NCBI GenBank assembly: GCA_035084275.1
Contig: CM068746.1
Coordinates: 17,112,001 to 17,176,000, forward strand
Length of the DNA stretch: 64,000 nt
From: Hydrolagus colliei
Lineage: Eukaryota
Direction of reading: 5' to 3'
A program made the translations under genes and the position numbers. Positions within the stretch are counted from its first letter, which is position 1. Each line of letters begins with the position of its first letter. This document shows positions 37,534 to 51,000 of the stretch, one piece after another. The notes beneath the pieces are model-generated. The model was given only the letters and a program-made list of their open reading frames with translations. It was not told the origin of the DNA and searched no databases.

Positions 37534-38256
37534 GTAAGTCGCTGTTCTTTCGTGCCTCCTCTGCCCGCGTGTGTGTGTGTGTGTGTGTGCTCGTGTGTTA
37601 TTTTGCCGCAAGACATTTTCCCCGGGATGCCGGTTCATTTTCGTAAATGGAGCCTGGGGTGGTTGATAGACAGCGAGATAGACAGATAGATCAATAAATA
37701 AATAAATACGGGTTTCTCTCTCTCTCAATGAATCGTTGAAACACACGGTGATGTGAGATCTCCAATCGATATTGTAAATACAAATGTTTCTGAATNNNNN
37801 NNNNNNNNNNNNNNNNNNNNNNNNNNNNNNNNNNNNNNNNNNNNNNNNNNNNNNNNNNNNNNNNNNNNNNNNNNNNNNNNNNNNNNNNNNNNNNNNNNNN
37901 NNNNNNNNNNNNNNNNNNNNNNNNNNNNNNCGCGCCAAATACGTTGATTTGTGTTTTTTTAAAAAAAAACTTGGTGCTGATCTTAACTTTAACTTAAAGA
38001 TTGAAAGTGTCACAAACATTTGTAAAGTTCAGTGCGGATCTCGCTCAATCGCTAAATGTTGCAAAGGAGTTATCTTTTTTTTTAGCGGTTCCTTCGATGA
38101 AGTAATTAATTTGAGGATTGACCTCCGCAGCTCCAGCACAGCGAGTGGCTGTTACACACAGGCAGGCGATACCAATACTGTGTGGAATACCTTCCTGCCT
38201 CCCATCATTTGGTATTAGCTGTAATATTCTACAATCCGATATAGTCGCATGTTTGT

Positions 38257-38735
38257 GGAGTCCTGTCACTCAAGTGGTTAGAGCATTAATTCGCCTCCCC
38301 ACCTGATGATAATCCCTCAAAAAAAATTTGGGGGGTCATTTCAATCCTCCACTGTTTGTGGGGAACACTGCTGTACGCGATTGGCTGCCCCGTTTTGCCC
38401 AGAAAATATACGGTCAATTCTCTTCACAGTGTGAAACAAAAACAGGGAACCCGCTGGGAACGCTCGGCGGGTCAGGCAGCACCTGTGGAGAAAGGAAAGT
38501 GAGTCAAAGAACGACAAAGAACCGACGGAGGGTCGTGGACCTGAAACATTGACTTTCTTTCCCTTTCTCCATAGATGCTGCCTGACCTGCCGAGTGTTCG
38601 CAGCCGCTTCTGCTTTTGTTTCAGAGTTCCAGCGTCTGCAGTATTTTGCATTGTTGTCACTTTAGAGTGTGTTGTGTGAAGCGCTTTGAAACGTTTAGAA
38701 GATGTGAGAAGCGCGGTGTCCAAATGCAAGGATAT
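38257..38735 (+). mobile_element. tRNA-derived SINE, internally deleted and interrupted by the hairpin element
   Basis: Head at 38257, core to ~38430, tail resumes ~38655. Confidence 0.8.
38432..38654. mobile_element. Shark-type inverted-repeat (Penelope-like pLTR-derived) element inserted into a SINE
   Basis: ~75-bp arms 38432-38507 and 38549-38623 (GGTCAGGCAGCA../..TGCTGCCTGACC); SINE sequence resumes after it. Confidence 0.65.
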
Positions 38736-38919
38736 TTATTTGTAAAATATTTATACAAATATATAATTTATCCAAATGTATTAAACATATTTATTTATAA
38801 AAAATAAAAAGCGAATACAGTAGGCAGCCCACTTAATGTTTCATTGGATGAGTTGCAAATTATTATGATGAGAGCAACTAGCTTTCATTTTAATCGTTTT
38901 CGTTTCTTAGGTGGCAAAG

Positions 38920-39015
38920 ATGGAGTGCTTGAAACTAAAAGACTTGAGTGCGCGGAAAAACAGATCCGATTTCTCTCCAGACATCCTGAAAGATGAAAGC
39001 AAAATTGCACAGAAG
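38920..39015 (+). CDS. E2F7: E2F7 coding exon 1 (MECLKLKDL...IAQK); exon starts 38911
   Basis: ttcttag acceptor at 38910, AAGATGG Kozak context, AAG|gtaact donor, 96 nt, phase 0. Confidence 0.9.
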
Positions 39016-42000
39016 GTAACTTTTGAACAGTTTGAGTTCCACTGTCCAAGTCTAAAATGAGAAATTCTCTACACTTTATAAGTCCGGGTGCCGCCCCATT
39101 GGATTTGTAAAGAAAGAATAGCAAAGCAATGATACCTGAAAAAGTGCCTTTACTTAAAATTTGCAACCAATATATTGTATTTTTACCAGGTTTTGTTTTA
39201 ATGTACAGTTAACTAGCAAAAAACGGGTAGATCGACTAGTTCCCAATGCCCTGCGTTCAGGTGCCCACCCAGCAGTGTCAAGCTCTTTCAGATGTCTTCC
39301 AGGCGTGAAAAACGCTTTATAAATGTAAATTATATTGTACACGTACGTTGTTGTGATGCCTCTTTAAAAGGGTTGTCATGATGAATGACAAGTAATGTTA
39401 AAATTGCTACATAAATATTTTACTACAACATGTCAGTGAGCTAACTACAATATGAATTGTAAGCAAGGCCCATTCACTTCATATTTAATCAAGCATCGGA
39501 AGAAATTGTACTTGTTCCTCTGGGACTACAGACGCTGTTCAATGGGGTGCGGGGGGGGGGGGGGGGGGGAAGCACTGTACCAAATACTAGAAAGCGATTG
39601 TCACAATTTCTTCCTAATTTGTTCCGCAAAGGTTGAAGGTCAGATTAAAGGTTGAATCAAAGATCAAAGGATCGAATAAAGATTGGTTTAAAAAATCATT
39701 TGGCAGAAGGAAGAAATTGAGAACCAGAATAATGTCACACAGTCTATAAGACAATGTGATAATATTCTTTGCATTTGCATGCTGTCAAAACACCTCAAAG
39801 CGCTTCATAGGATTTACTGTACTTCAACATTTGCTATAGTGCTTTTTGTGTCTGGAGGGTGTCTGCTTCACAGGATACACTGTAAAGGTGAGCCACTCTC
39901 GTGCGTTTGGTGGGGAATCTGGTTACAGGGTTAGGTAACCAATTTGCAAAGTATTGATGGTAGTATTTCAATGTTGGATTTCGCCTAAAATTGTCAACCT
40001 CATTACTGCTTTGTCTGAGATTCATTGCAAATTAAATTGAGTTGATTGACTTCCTTCTCTAAGCCCCGTGTTTGCCTTGTTTGGAGGAGGGTTCATTTGC
40101 TAATGGCACATTTGGTTTTGTTAGGAAAACATGTTCACAGAGCCAAGCAGGACCTTGCCAAGGACACCGGTGAAAGCTGAATTGACACCGGCTGCTGTTT
40201 CGAAGAGGAAAGGCTGTACTCCAGATCATATTCAGATAACTCCTAATAAGCACATGGACAAGTCCCAGTCTGATCCATGGTCACCCACCGCTAACCTGAA
40301 GATGCTAATCAGCGCTGCCAGCCCTGACATCCGCGATCGAGAAAAGAAAAAAGAACTGTTTCGACAAATTGAAAACGAGCGGGTGGAAAGCATCAGCGAT
40401 GTTATTCAGGTGTGAAAACCGCGGGTTTTTGTTTTCAAGTTTATGAATGGTTCGGTGTTCTCTCCTTTCACGATAGAAACCTTCCAGATCACCTCCCCTC
40501 CTATAGTGTCACTCCACTCATAATATTCAACCTAAGACAGAGCTGCCAACCCTCCCGATTTTTGCGGAAGCCTTCTGCTTTTACATGCTCCCTTCCGCCC
40601 TCCCGATCCCAGATAAATAACTTCCGTTTTTTTTGCCATTTCACAATTTAAGCTAAATCCCCCTTGCACCACCTATGTTCACTGGGGAAGGATGGAAGAA
40701 ATCAGTTTAATGGAGAAGAGAAAGACGTGATCATTTCTGCAAAGAAGATTAGTCATTTATATGCAAGCAACTAATCCTGGATTCTTTTTGATTGGTGAGC
40801 GAGGTTCGGGCTGCTCACCTCCATTAACTGAATTAGACCAAAGCCTTCCACTTAGGGAACGTGGATTGTCATCGCACATGCCCCATTTCTCCCCTTCCCC
40901 CTCAAACTCTTGTAGCCCCCATATTGTTAAAGGACATTGAGAATAAATGAAGATCAAATAAAACTCAACTGTCATTTGCCAAAATATGCTGCAGAAATTG
41001 CCACACGTGGGAGGGACACAAAGGGAAGGCAAGTGTGGTGTAGATCATAACTTTTTTTAAAATTTTGTGCGCCCAACACTAAAATGAAGGTGTCCAGGGT
41101 GCCTGGATGCCTGTTAATGTCGAGCCCTGGCTTAACTATTGGCTGATACTGAAGTGATAGAGGCAATAACAAAATCCTTCCTGAAAATGTAACAAACCTT
41201 CCTGAAAAATTACTGCAACCTTCCTGAAAATCTTCCTTGAAGGTTGGCAGCTCTGCTAAGATAGACAGTCAGGCTGATTGCTGTTGAAGAACAGAGACGT
41301 GCAGAATTTTGGCCTTAGTCTTGATAATGCTTAGTCACTTTTTTTTTAAGAAAAATGATTTATTTTCATTCTCTTTTCCATTCTTTACATCTTAATATAC
41401 AATAGCTCAGAAAATTGGTCATTTCAATCCACAACTGTTTGTGGGACACTGCTGTGCGCAATTGGCTACCGCATTTTGCCCACAAATATACAGTCAATTC
41501 ACTTTACAGTACATTCTGTGAAGCGTGTTGAGACGTCAATAAGATGTGAAAAGCGTTATAGCAAATGCAAGGATTATTATAAATGCAGGCAACCTTCTCA
41601 TTGCTTCTCTCGAGTCTGTCCATAACCCACCATCGAGCAGCTGGGAACGACTTCTTGGTGAAATCGAGAAATACAAGTGCATTTTTTTTTAACAACTAGA
41701 TACAGAAACAGCTAATTCAGAGAGTCAGTGATTTTCCTTCTGAGGAAAAACATAAGAATTTGCTGGGCGAAGGGAGGCCAAGGTCCATCCTGCCAGTCGC
41801 TTGACATGCCTTGTCCCAAACTATATACTGTATCCCGATATTAGTTTCTGGCAGAAATCTATCTTAATTTGTTCTATACACTTGCTGCTTTGACTGTCTC
41901 CCGAGAGAGCCTGTTCTGTAAGTTTGCTATTCGTTCACTGAAGTAGTGCGCCCATGGACTTGTTCTGAATTTACCCCTCCCCATTCGATCGCAGGCCTTG

Positions 42001-45000
42001 TCCTCTGGCCCTATTGTTCAGTCCAGGATAAAATAGCTTTTTATGGTCTACATTATCTAGTTCCTTCAGAACCTTACAAGCATAAACCTTGCATCTCGCT
42101 CTTATGAATGCAAGAGGCTAATAGTATTGAATAATTAAAAGGTATTTTGGAGAAGTAATACTGGGAAGTAAAACTGCAAACTCTTTATATGTTGCTTTTA
42201 AGTTTGGTGCGGTGGACGATGGGACAGCAGATGATTTTGAGCCACAACGTCCGAGCAGGAAACAGAAAAGTTTGGGGCTTTTATGTCAGAAATTCCTTGC
42301 ACGCTATCCTGATTATCCGATTTCCACTGTGAAAACCGAAATTTCTTTGGATGAAGTGGCAACAGAACTTAGTGAGTAAAAAGAAACTGAGCGATACAAT
42401 AATGGGTTTCCTGATGAATTTCATTGAGCACTTGAGATATTTGGATGCGACGGGTTGTATATTTATAATACAGAATTTTTAAATGAATTTATTCCAAATT
42501 GTCAGCAGTTTTTCCTTCTGGGTATTTAACAACAACAGCAACAAAATTACGTTTATAGAATGCCTTTGAATCACGTTCCAAACAATCGTCATCCAATTTA
42601 TGCACAGCAGGTCTACAAACTGCCACAAAGTGAGTGACCAATTTTATCTGGGGGCTTGTTGGCCAGGACACCAGGAAAAAATCCCTCTCTTTCTGAATAG
42701 AAAAGTGACAAAAACCCTTGATTGCCCATTCCCCTGGAACATCTTTCCGAGGTGAAGGGAGCTGTACAAATGTAATTTGTTGTTGGCGAATAGTGTCATG
42801 GAATCTTTACAGTACCCCCATTTAACTCCCATCTCTGACAATTCGGTGCTGAACTGGAGTGTCAGTCTTGATTGTGAGATCAAAGCCCTGATGCAAAAGC
42901 TGTGAAGTGTTTAACACAGACATGACTTCTCCCTTGGCTTTTTTGACAGGAGTGGAACGCAGGCGTATTTATGACATAGTAAATGTTCTGGAATCGCTTC
43001 ACCTCGTCAGCCGCATAGCTAAGAACCAGTATTCCTGGCACGGGCTTCACAATCTCGCTCACACTCTCGCTGCTCTGAAACGGAGAGGAGAGCAGCACAG
43101 GTACGCAGAGCAGATGGTCTGCATTCGAAACAAGGAACTCGAGGTTGAATTTGACTGTGAAAAGCCAAGGAGAAACGGTGTTCATAAAGCACACGCTGGC
43201 TCCCAGGAATTCAGTGGCAGGATGAAGTATGCAGAGAATGATTGCAGATCAGGTAGGACAGATTTCACAACATGTGCGGGAAAAACTACCATCAAACCAA
43301 TGTCATTTGATGATCAATCCTGAAGCTTTCGAGTTTGTTTTGCGTTTCAATGTTTTCACTTAGTTAAAAGGCTTGTCGCAAAGTACATCAGCGGAATTTG
43401 TCTTGACATTCACTTGTCTTAATGAAAATACCTGAAATGTCAAACCAGCTTTCTTTGTTTCGGTTTTAATTTAAAAATAATGGGATGATGTGGTGGAGGA
43501 AAACAAAATCCCTGCCTTGATGGACATTCAGCCTTGTGTGTTTTCTAGACATTGTCTCTAGAGTCCTGTCAAGTAGAGATGAAGACTGTGTGTCCCCCAT
43601 CTCGTGTTTGTGCCCACGCAAGTTAGTTGCTGAGCAAAATTAAACTGTAACACTCCCTCAGTGCCCCCGCCTTGCCCCATCCTTCCCCCATCTTCAGTCC
43701 GCACCTGAAGACCTTCCTCTTTGATCGTGCCTAAGGTCACCTCCCCCTCTTCCCGGTTTGGTGTAGTGCTGTCCCACTGCCAAGCGCTCTGGAAAGCTAT
43801 CCTGAGTGAGGGGGCCTCTATGTAAACACAAGTTGTTGGTGGTGTTTTGTGGACCTTTTTTCATTGCGATCTCTGGTTTGTTTTTTAGTGTCTCTGAACA
43901 GCAGGAAGGACAAGTCATTGCGTATTATGAGTGAAAAGTTTGTGATGCTTTTCCTTGTGTCCAAGACTGAGATTGTGGCTCTCGATATTGCTGCTAAAAT
44001 TTTGATTGAAGAAAGTCAGCATGATTCGGCAGATCAAAGCAAATTTAAAAGTAAGTGGTGTTTGCTGTAGACTAATATTGCAGTACTTTTTGTATTGAAT
44101 CAAGATGAGGGATATTGATCCTCAGGAATAGAAATGTTCTGTTAGGATGAAATACTCTCAGGTGAAATATACTTTAAACACGGACTAAAGTTCATTCCAC
44201 TTGGCCTGAGTACAGTTTATTTAAGAAAAGAAAAGGCTAGAGAAGACAGGATTTTCTCCGTGAATCCTATTTACAAAATAATCACCATTTGATAGCACAG
44301 AATGTTAAGCGATATGGCCTTGCAATCCATATTGTAATAATGCTTTTCCAATTGTTATTTTCTCCTTCAGCTAAAATCCGCAGACTGTACGATATTGCCA
44401 ATGTATTGACCAGCTTGGGACTCATCAAAAAAGTTCATGTAACCGAAGAGAGGGGGCGAAAACCTGCCTTTAAATGGCTTGGACCCCTTCACCCCCATAA
44501 GTCAGAGGGTAGGTTTATTCCACATTTTGTACTGTAATGTTTGCTAGTTGAAGTTGTTACATGAAGGTGTGAACCTCTCATAATAAACCCTGCTCTTCAG
44601 AATTCCACCGCAAAGCCCCCCCTCACTCTCCCACCCAACGCTTTCAAATCCTGGGTTCCTGTAACTCAGTGGTTAGAGCATTCGCCTTACAAGCGGGACA
44701 CCTGAGTTCAACTCCAGGCAGGGCGAAATCTTGGGCAAGTTTCCTTACTCCACACGCCTAATAGTAATCCGTCAACTAATAGTAATCCGTCAAAAGAAGC
44801 AATAATAAATTGGTAATTTCAATCACACTGCTGTGTGCAATTGGCTGCCATTTTCGCTCACAAAATATACAGTCAATTCACTTTACAGTATATTCTGTGA
44901 AGCGCTTTGAGACGTCTAGAAGATGTGGAAAGCACTATATCAAATGCAAGGATTATTATTATCCTACCTCGAGTTCAATCTTGTTGGTTGTTTTCTTGCG

Positions 45001-48000
45001 CTAAGGGTCAGTTCTGCGGAGCACTTTGTAATACCCTTGATGTGAAAGGCAGCGTATCAATATAACTTTAATCTTATAAAGGATAAAGATTTTACAGCCA
45101 ATTTCTCTTGTGCTTGGTGATAAAACCAGGCCTGTTGTCACCTTCAGAAAATTGGAATCATACATTGTTACAACAGGCCATTTGATCCATAAAATTCGCA
45201 CTCATGATTTTCTACATACAAGTCAATAACACTGTATATCCATTGCGTTTTGCTACCAAATAAAACCAGCTGCTGCATGTCCATGTGTTCCATTTCTCCT
45301 GCTCGCTTCCCATAAACCCTTTAATGGTCCTTCTCTGAAGCCAACTATCAAATTGCCTTTTCAAAAGAAAAATTTATGGATTCTGCTTCAATAGTAATTT
45401 GGAATAGAGAATATTGCATTCCAACATCGTATGTGTAAAGATTTTTTTTCTTCCTTTCTAATTTTATTATTATTTAGTATCAATTCTGCACCGTCTCGTC
45501 GTGGAGAAATTCCAGCAATTGTACGCGACTGTTTTTTTCGGCATCTTTAGAATCTCAGCTGGTTTGTTTGGCGGCAGCTGTTGGGAATGTATTTTTTGCC
45601 CGATTTGTATTGAAAACCTTAATTGCCCTCAAAACTCTTTTATAAAGGTATTCAGAAAGTAGTCAGCACTCCCGCTACGTTGTCAATAGCCAAGAGTCCG
45701 GAGGATACAGGGTTGCCTCTCCTTCACACTAAAGAGAAATTTGCACGGCATGCTTCATTCCCCACTCCACGTGCTGTTCAGACTGAAAAAGTCACAACAC
45801 AGTCGGCTCCATGCAGTCCTGTTAACGTTAGACAAGGTAAGTTTACATACTAAATGAGTATAACTTATGGAGTAAAATCCTGACATTGTCCTCATCCCTT
45901 TTATGACCTGAAGGATTTCAGAAATTCCAATCTTGGGTAGAAGTTCATCCCAAGTGATTTTCTTTTTTATCAGTACATTTTCATTAAAGTTGTATGTGTG
46001 GCCACAAACGATTTGTATTCAGTTGGTATCACACTGAATGGTGAACAATGTCAACTGGTCCTTGACTGCAGAACTATTCGCACAAGCTTTTTCTTTTTGA
46101 AATCCTATCAACTCCAATTTCACAAATCGAATAAATTGCACAGTTGTATTGCTTTTGAGGGTTTTTTTTAAAAAACAATCAATTTCAGCTGCAATACTGA
46201 AATCTACATTCCATCTTGTTACCAGGAAGGTTGAACATGTTATAGATTCGCAAATCGGGATAATTGAGCATTGAATTGAAATGTTTGTTTCTTGTAACCG
46301 TGTGTGTCATTAATCATCCAATTTCTTAACCTCCAGTGAGAACATTTGGATCTGAGGATAACTGCAATAAAATGGCACAACTTGCTGCTGTTTGCAGACT
46401 GCAGTTTGAAGAAGACGTGTAAGTGTAAACTTCAGTAAAGCCTGCACGACCCTTCTAACCTCTCAACTAATTAAAATCTATTCTTACTCGTGGCGGTGTG
46501 TTTTCAGTTAGATTATAATCTTTTTGGACCATAATTTTCTGTGTTGTGTAACCATGAGATCTGATTTAATGTGACATTTGTTTTTGGTGCAAAAAAACAC
46601 AAAGAAGTCTTACGAATACATACACCTGTTGTACAATATGATTTGTGGTTTTACATTAAATTCTTGCTGAAGATTTTTCTTCATTCTTACAGAAACTCAC
46701 AGCCTCGCCCAGAAGTTAACACTTGTCAGACACGAGGCTTTGCAACCTCGCTTTGTTCCCCGATATTCATGACCAGCTCAAAAGTCTCTGTTGATTCTTC
46801 AATGAAGCCTGTTTTCCAGCAGAGTTTAACAGTTCCACGGTCTGAAGTAACTTTGCCTGTTTGCCTTCCCAATGGTACCAATGGACCGTTAACGGTTCTG
46901 CCCCCGTCTGTCGCTTGTACAGCAAACAAAGCCCATTTCTGCTTCCTCGAGAATCAACCTTTTCTATTTGTCCAGAACTTGTCTTCGGCTCCTGTTCTTA
47001 TGTTGTATGAAAATGGAGACCCAACTGGAAGCACGAGCACAGCTGGCCCTGTTGCGATTCAAGCCTCAGTGAAGTGTGAAGCCTCACCAGCAAGGCCTGA
47101 GGTAGTGAGTTCTGTGTGTAGTGACTCTTCACGAAAGCGTAGTGCAGCTGAATTCTGCGCGTCCTCTGAGGAAAGCGAGCGAGCGACTAAACAAGGAAAA
47201 ATTATTTGTTTTCCTGGACCGAGCTCTGGAGAGAAATATTCCGAGGTGCCTGTCTCAACATTAGTCAAGGTGTGTATTTCAGTGATACTTTGGTGATAAT
47301 ACAGTACCATCAAGAGATAGGGTAAGAGATTAAAAATAGGCCTTTCCACCCAGTCTACAATTGTAGAGATAGCACTTTTCACGTCAAGAGGATGTCCTGG
47401 AGTGCCTGTTTTGGACCTAAGCTGGGGATCCGGGAGGTAAGAGGGTAGGGGGTGGTGGGGAAGGAGGGTAACCGAACACACGGTCAAAGAGGAGGGTCTT
47501 GAGGTGGGTCTTGAAGGACACAAGGGAGAGTCAGACCAGTGTCCTGGGTTTCTCACTAGAGTCGACGTGAGCAGCATCCAGGCTCAGCCATGTACGTCAT
47601 CCTTGAGGACGCTGAGCAAATCAGACGAGGCAAAAGGCATTGTCCTCAAGCCCCTTGTGCATTGTATAGCCAGCTTCAAGAGTAACAACCGCTTTCCTCT
47701 CCCCGTCTTCCTCAACTGGCAAAGGAGTGATCAGGAGCCTGGAAAAGTCAAAGTGGGTTGCTGCTGTCGGCTTGCTTGGCACTAAAAGCACGTGCCTCAA
47801 GAAAATTCAGAGAGATCTGAGGACAAACCGAGTGCACACGCTCCCTGTAATTGCTGGTGTAAGACTGTGAGTTTGCCTGATGCGTGTGAACAGCTTTCAA
47901 CAACTTGCTTGACTACAATTTTGTGGAGCCCTGTAGTTCAGTGATTAGAGCACCCGCTTCGCAAGTGAGAGACCTGGGTTCGATTCCCGGCAGGGCGAAA

Positions 48001-51000
48001 CCTTGGGCAAGTTTCCTCACTCCACGTGGCTGATAATAATCCCCCGAGAAAAAAATAATAATAATTTGGTCCAATCCACGATTGTTTGTGGGACACTGCT
48101 GTGGCTACCGAGTTTCGCAAACACAAAACATACAGTCAATTCGCTTTATCACTTTACAGTATATTCTCTGAAGCGCTTTTGAGACTTCTAGAAGATGTGA
48201 AAAGTAATACATCAAATGCAAGGTTTTTTTTTAACTAACTAATCAAGAGAATACTGGTGTGCTCTGAAAACCAAGACATTTTCATGCGTTTTGTATAAAG
48301 AAACTCTTTCTTTATTTTTCAGGGACCTTTCACTCAGCAAAATGGCTCTCAGAATAATCGCATCGAGATTGAGTGTCCGAAAACCAACTCCGGGACAATT
48401 GCATTTCCTTCTTCTAAAGCCCTTGATCCAGATAGGGAGTTGAATTCCGCCACCAGATGCCAGTGTAGAGAGCGGAATGCTGGGCGGCAGTTATCGGGAA
48501 TGCCAAGCCCCAAAGACGAGGGGAACTTCACAGAAGAGGCTGACATCAAATCTAAAGCTGAGAGCCCAGCAGTGCTGGCCACGCCGGAAGGTAATCAAGA
48601 GGTAAGTTTAGAACATAGTTTGAAAAATGGCCAAGACTTGCTGCATACACTGCACCGGGAAACTATTGGTATAATATAACTTGGATAGATGTGGCAGGTG
48701 TTTGTTTGTCTTGCTGTAAGAAAGGGAGGTCAAGCAATGTTATTCCTATCAGAAAGCTGTCTATTTACTACACTGGCCAAAGGCATGTAATTTGATTCCA
48801 TGCACCAATAAAGTTTCCTTGGGGTATTTTGTCTGGTTGGACAAGGTTCAAACCTGCGCCTGTCTCTCTTCAATAGAAAGCTTTAAAAACTCAGAAGGGA
48901 ATTCTTCTTCAACAGCTAAACAAGTGGAATGGAGTCCTGTAGCTCCCGTAGGTTCGAGCACTCGCCTCACAAGCAAGAGATCTGGGTTTGATTCCCAGCA
49001 GGGCGAAATCTTGGGCAAGTTTCCTTACTCCACACGCCTGATAATAATCTCTCCAGAAATAATAATAATAAATTGGTCACTTCAGTCCACGATTGTTTGT
49101 GGGATACTGCTGTGCAATTGGCTGCTGCATTTAACCCACAAATTTACAGTCAATTTACTTTACAGTATATTCTGTGAAGCGCTTTGAACGTCTGGAAGAT
49201 GTGAAAAATATTATAACAAATGCAAGGATTATTATTATGTTATTCACATATATTCTGCAATAGATAACTGTTTCCAGTCCCAAACCTAAAGCTGTTCCAA
49301 CAGCATAACAGCATTTTGCCCACAAAATAAGCAGTCAATTGGCTTTTCCATTTAATCTCTGAAGCGCTTTGAGACGTCTTGAAGACGTGATAAGGCGCGA
49401 CATCAAATGCAAAGATTATTTTTGTAACTGAGGGTGCTACCACCGCAGCTGAAGTTCAGGCCCATGAGGCAGTGTTTGATCTTCAGTCCTGTTTCATTGC
49501 TGCTCATTTTGACTTTGATTGTACTTTTCTCTTTGTGATTTGCCAATTCTCCCTGTGGGTATTGGGAGCTAATGATCCTGGAGTATCTGAGTGGGCATTG
49601 ATCTTCCCAAAGAATTGATCTTGTTCTTGCTTCTTTTCTCCTCTCACCCTCCCTTATTTCTTGCCTGCCTCGGGCTATCTACAGGTGAACTTTAGGGAAT
49701 GGCAATTGTCTCCTGATTATAGCATTGATTTTTAAGCTGTTTTCTCTCTCTTCCTTCCTGCCAACCCCAAGAGCGAATTGTAATATTCCACCCATATTTT
49801 TATTTGTGTCAATACAGCTTGTCCGTTTTGTTTTTTTCTCTTGCTGTCTTAAAATCTGACCCACAGCAAACATCTTGACTCTGTTTCCCAATGAATGTGA
49901 TGATTCTGAAAGTTGTGTTAATGATTTCCTGTCTTGTCTTTCTCTTAAGTATCCAATAAAATCTGGACACCGAATGCCTCAAGCCTGCCCCTCTCAGTTG
50001 GCTGCTTCTGAACACAGTGGATCAGCTCAGGGAAAAAATGATGAAACGCCACCCATTACTCAGTACCTCAATCTGCCATCAGCTTCAAGTGAGTGAAAAT
50101 AGTGTCTACATTTCTGACTTCAGTGTTGGTAAAAGGGAAACATACAAATTCCTCAGTTCTCTTTTTTCCCTCTTTCTCCTTTTTATTATTTTGCTGGGAA
50201 AATTATCTTTTTTTTTAATTTGAGGAAGAACGATTGTAATAATCGATACCACGCCTTTGAGACGTGAATTGATTGTATATTTTGCAGGCAAAATGCAGCA
50301 ACAACAACAAAATTTAATTTGGAGGACGCATCTGGAGGACGTCCCAGCATCCAATTGTGCACAGCAGGGTTATAATCCGTCGTGGATTGAGTGGATTTTT
50401 TTTTGTTATTTTGCTGTGGGATAAGTATCTACCTCTTCTTTATGGAAAAATGACCCCTTGCTCAGGTCCCTACGTGTTCAGTGCCTTTGGGACGTCCCCC
50501 CGATGTGCAAGTGTAATTTTGTTGTTGTTGCACGTTTACTGTTGACTGACAATAGTCAGTCAACAGTAAACGTGTTGGTAGAATATTGCATTGGAAAGAT
50601 TTGAATCTTATTGAATGATTTGAGTGTCGAGAACAATATAACTCACAAAAATGGCTGCCTGCTCCTTGTACAGCTAAGAATCTGGTGTATTTAAATGCAT
50701 AAAGAAAGGTCAATGGAGAAGGTGTGCCTTGACTATCAGAATTCACAATTAAAATATTTCGTGATTCTTTTTGCTGCACACTACTTAAGATATTTGCAAA
50801 TCGGAAGTCAAAGTTAACGCGATGATATCTGCTTTGCAAATCTGCTTTGTTAGATTCCCAATGTCTAATTTATAATAGTCACAAGGGGATTTGATGTTCC
50901 TGTTGCAGCTTCTAATTTATGAATATCAGCAGACATTTACTTAGTGAGATTCACAAAGCAGCCAATTCACCTCCAAAAAAAAAGCAGCTCCTTTTTAATA

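Noticed and set aside
40131-44537. Calling the gene E2F8
   Set aside because: N-terminal LKDL...[16 protein letters not shown] and RIMS fit E2F7 better.
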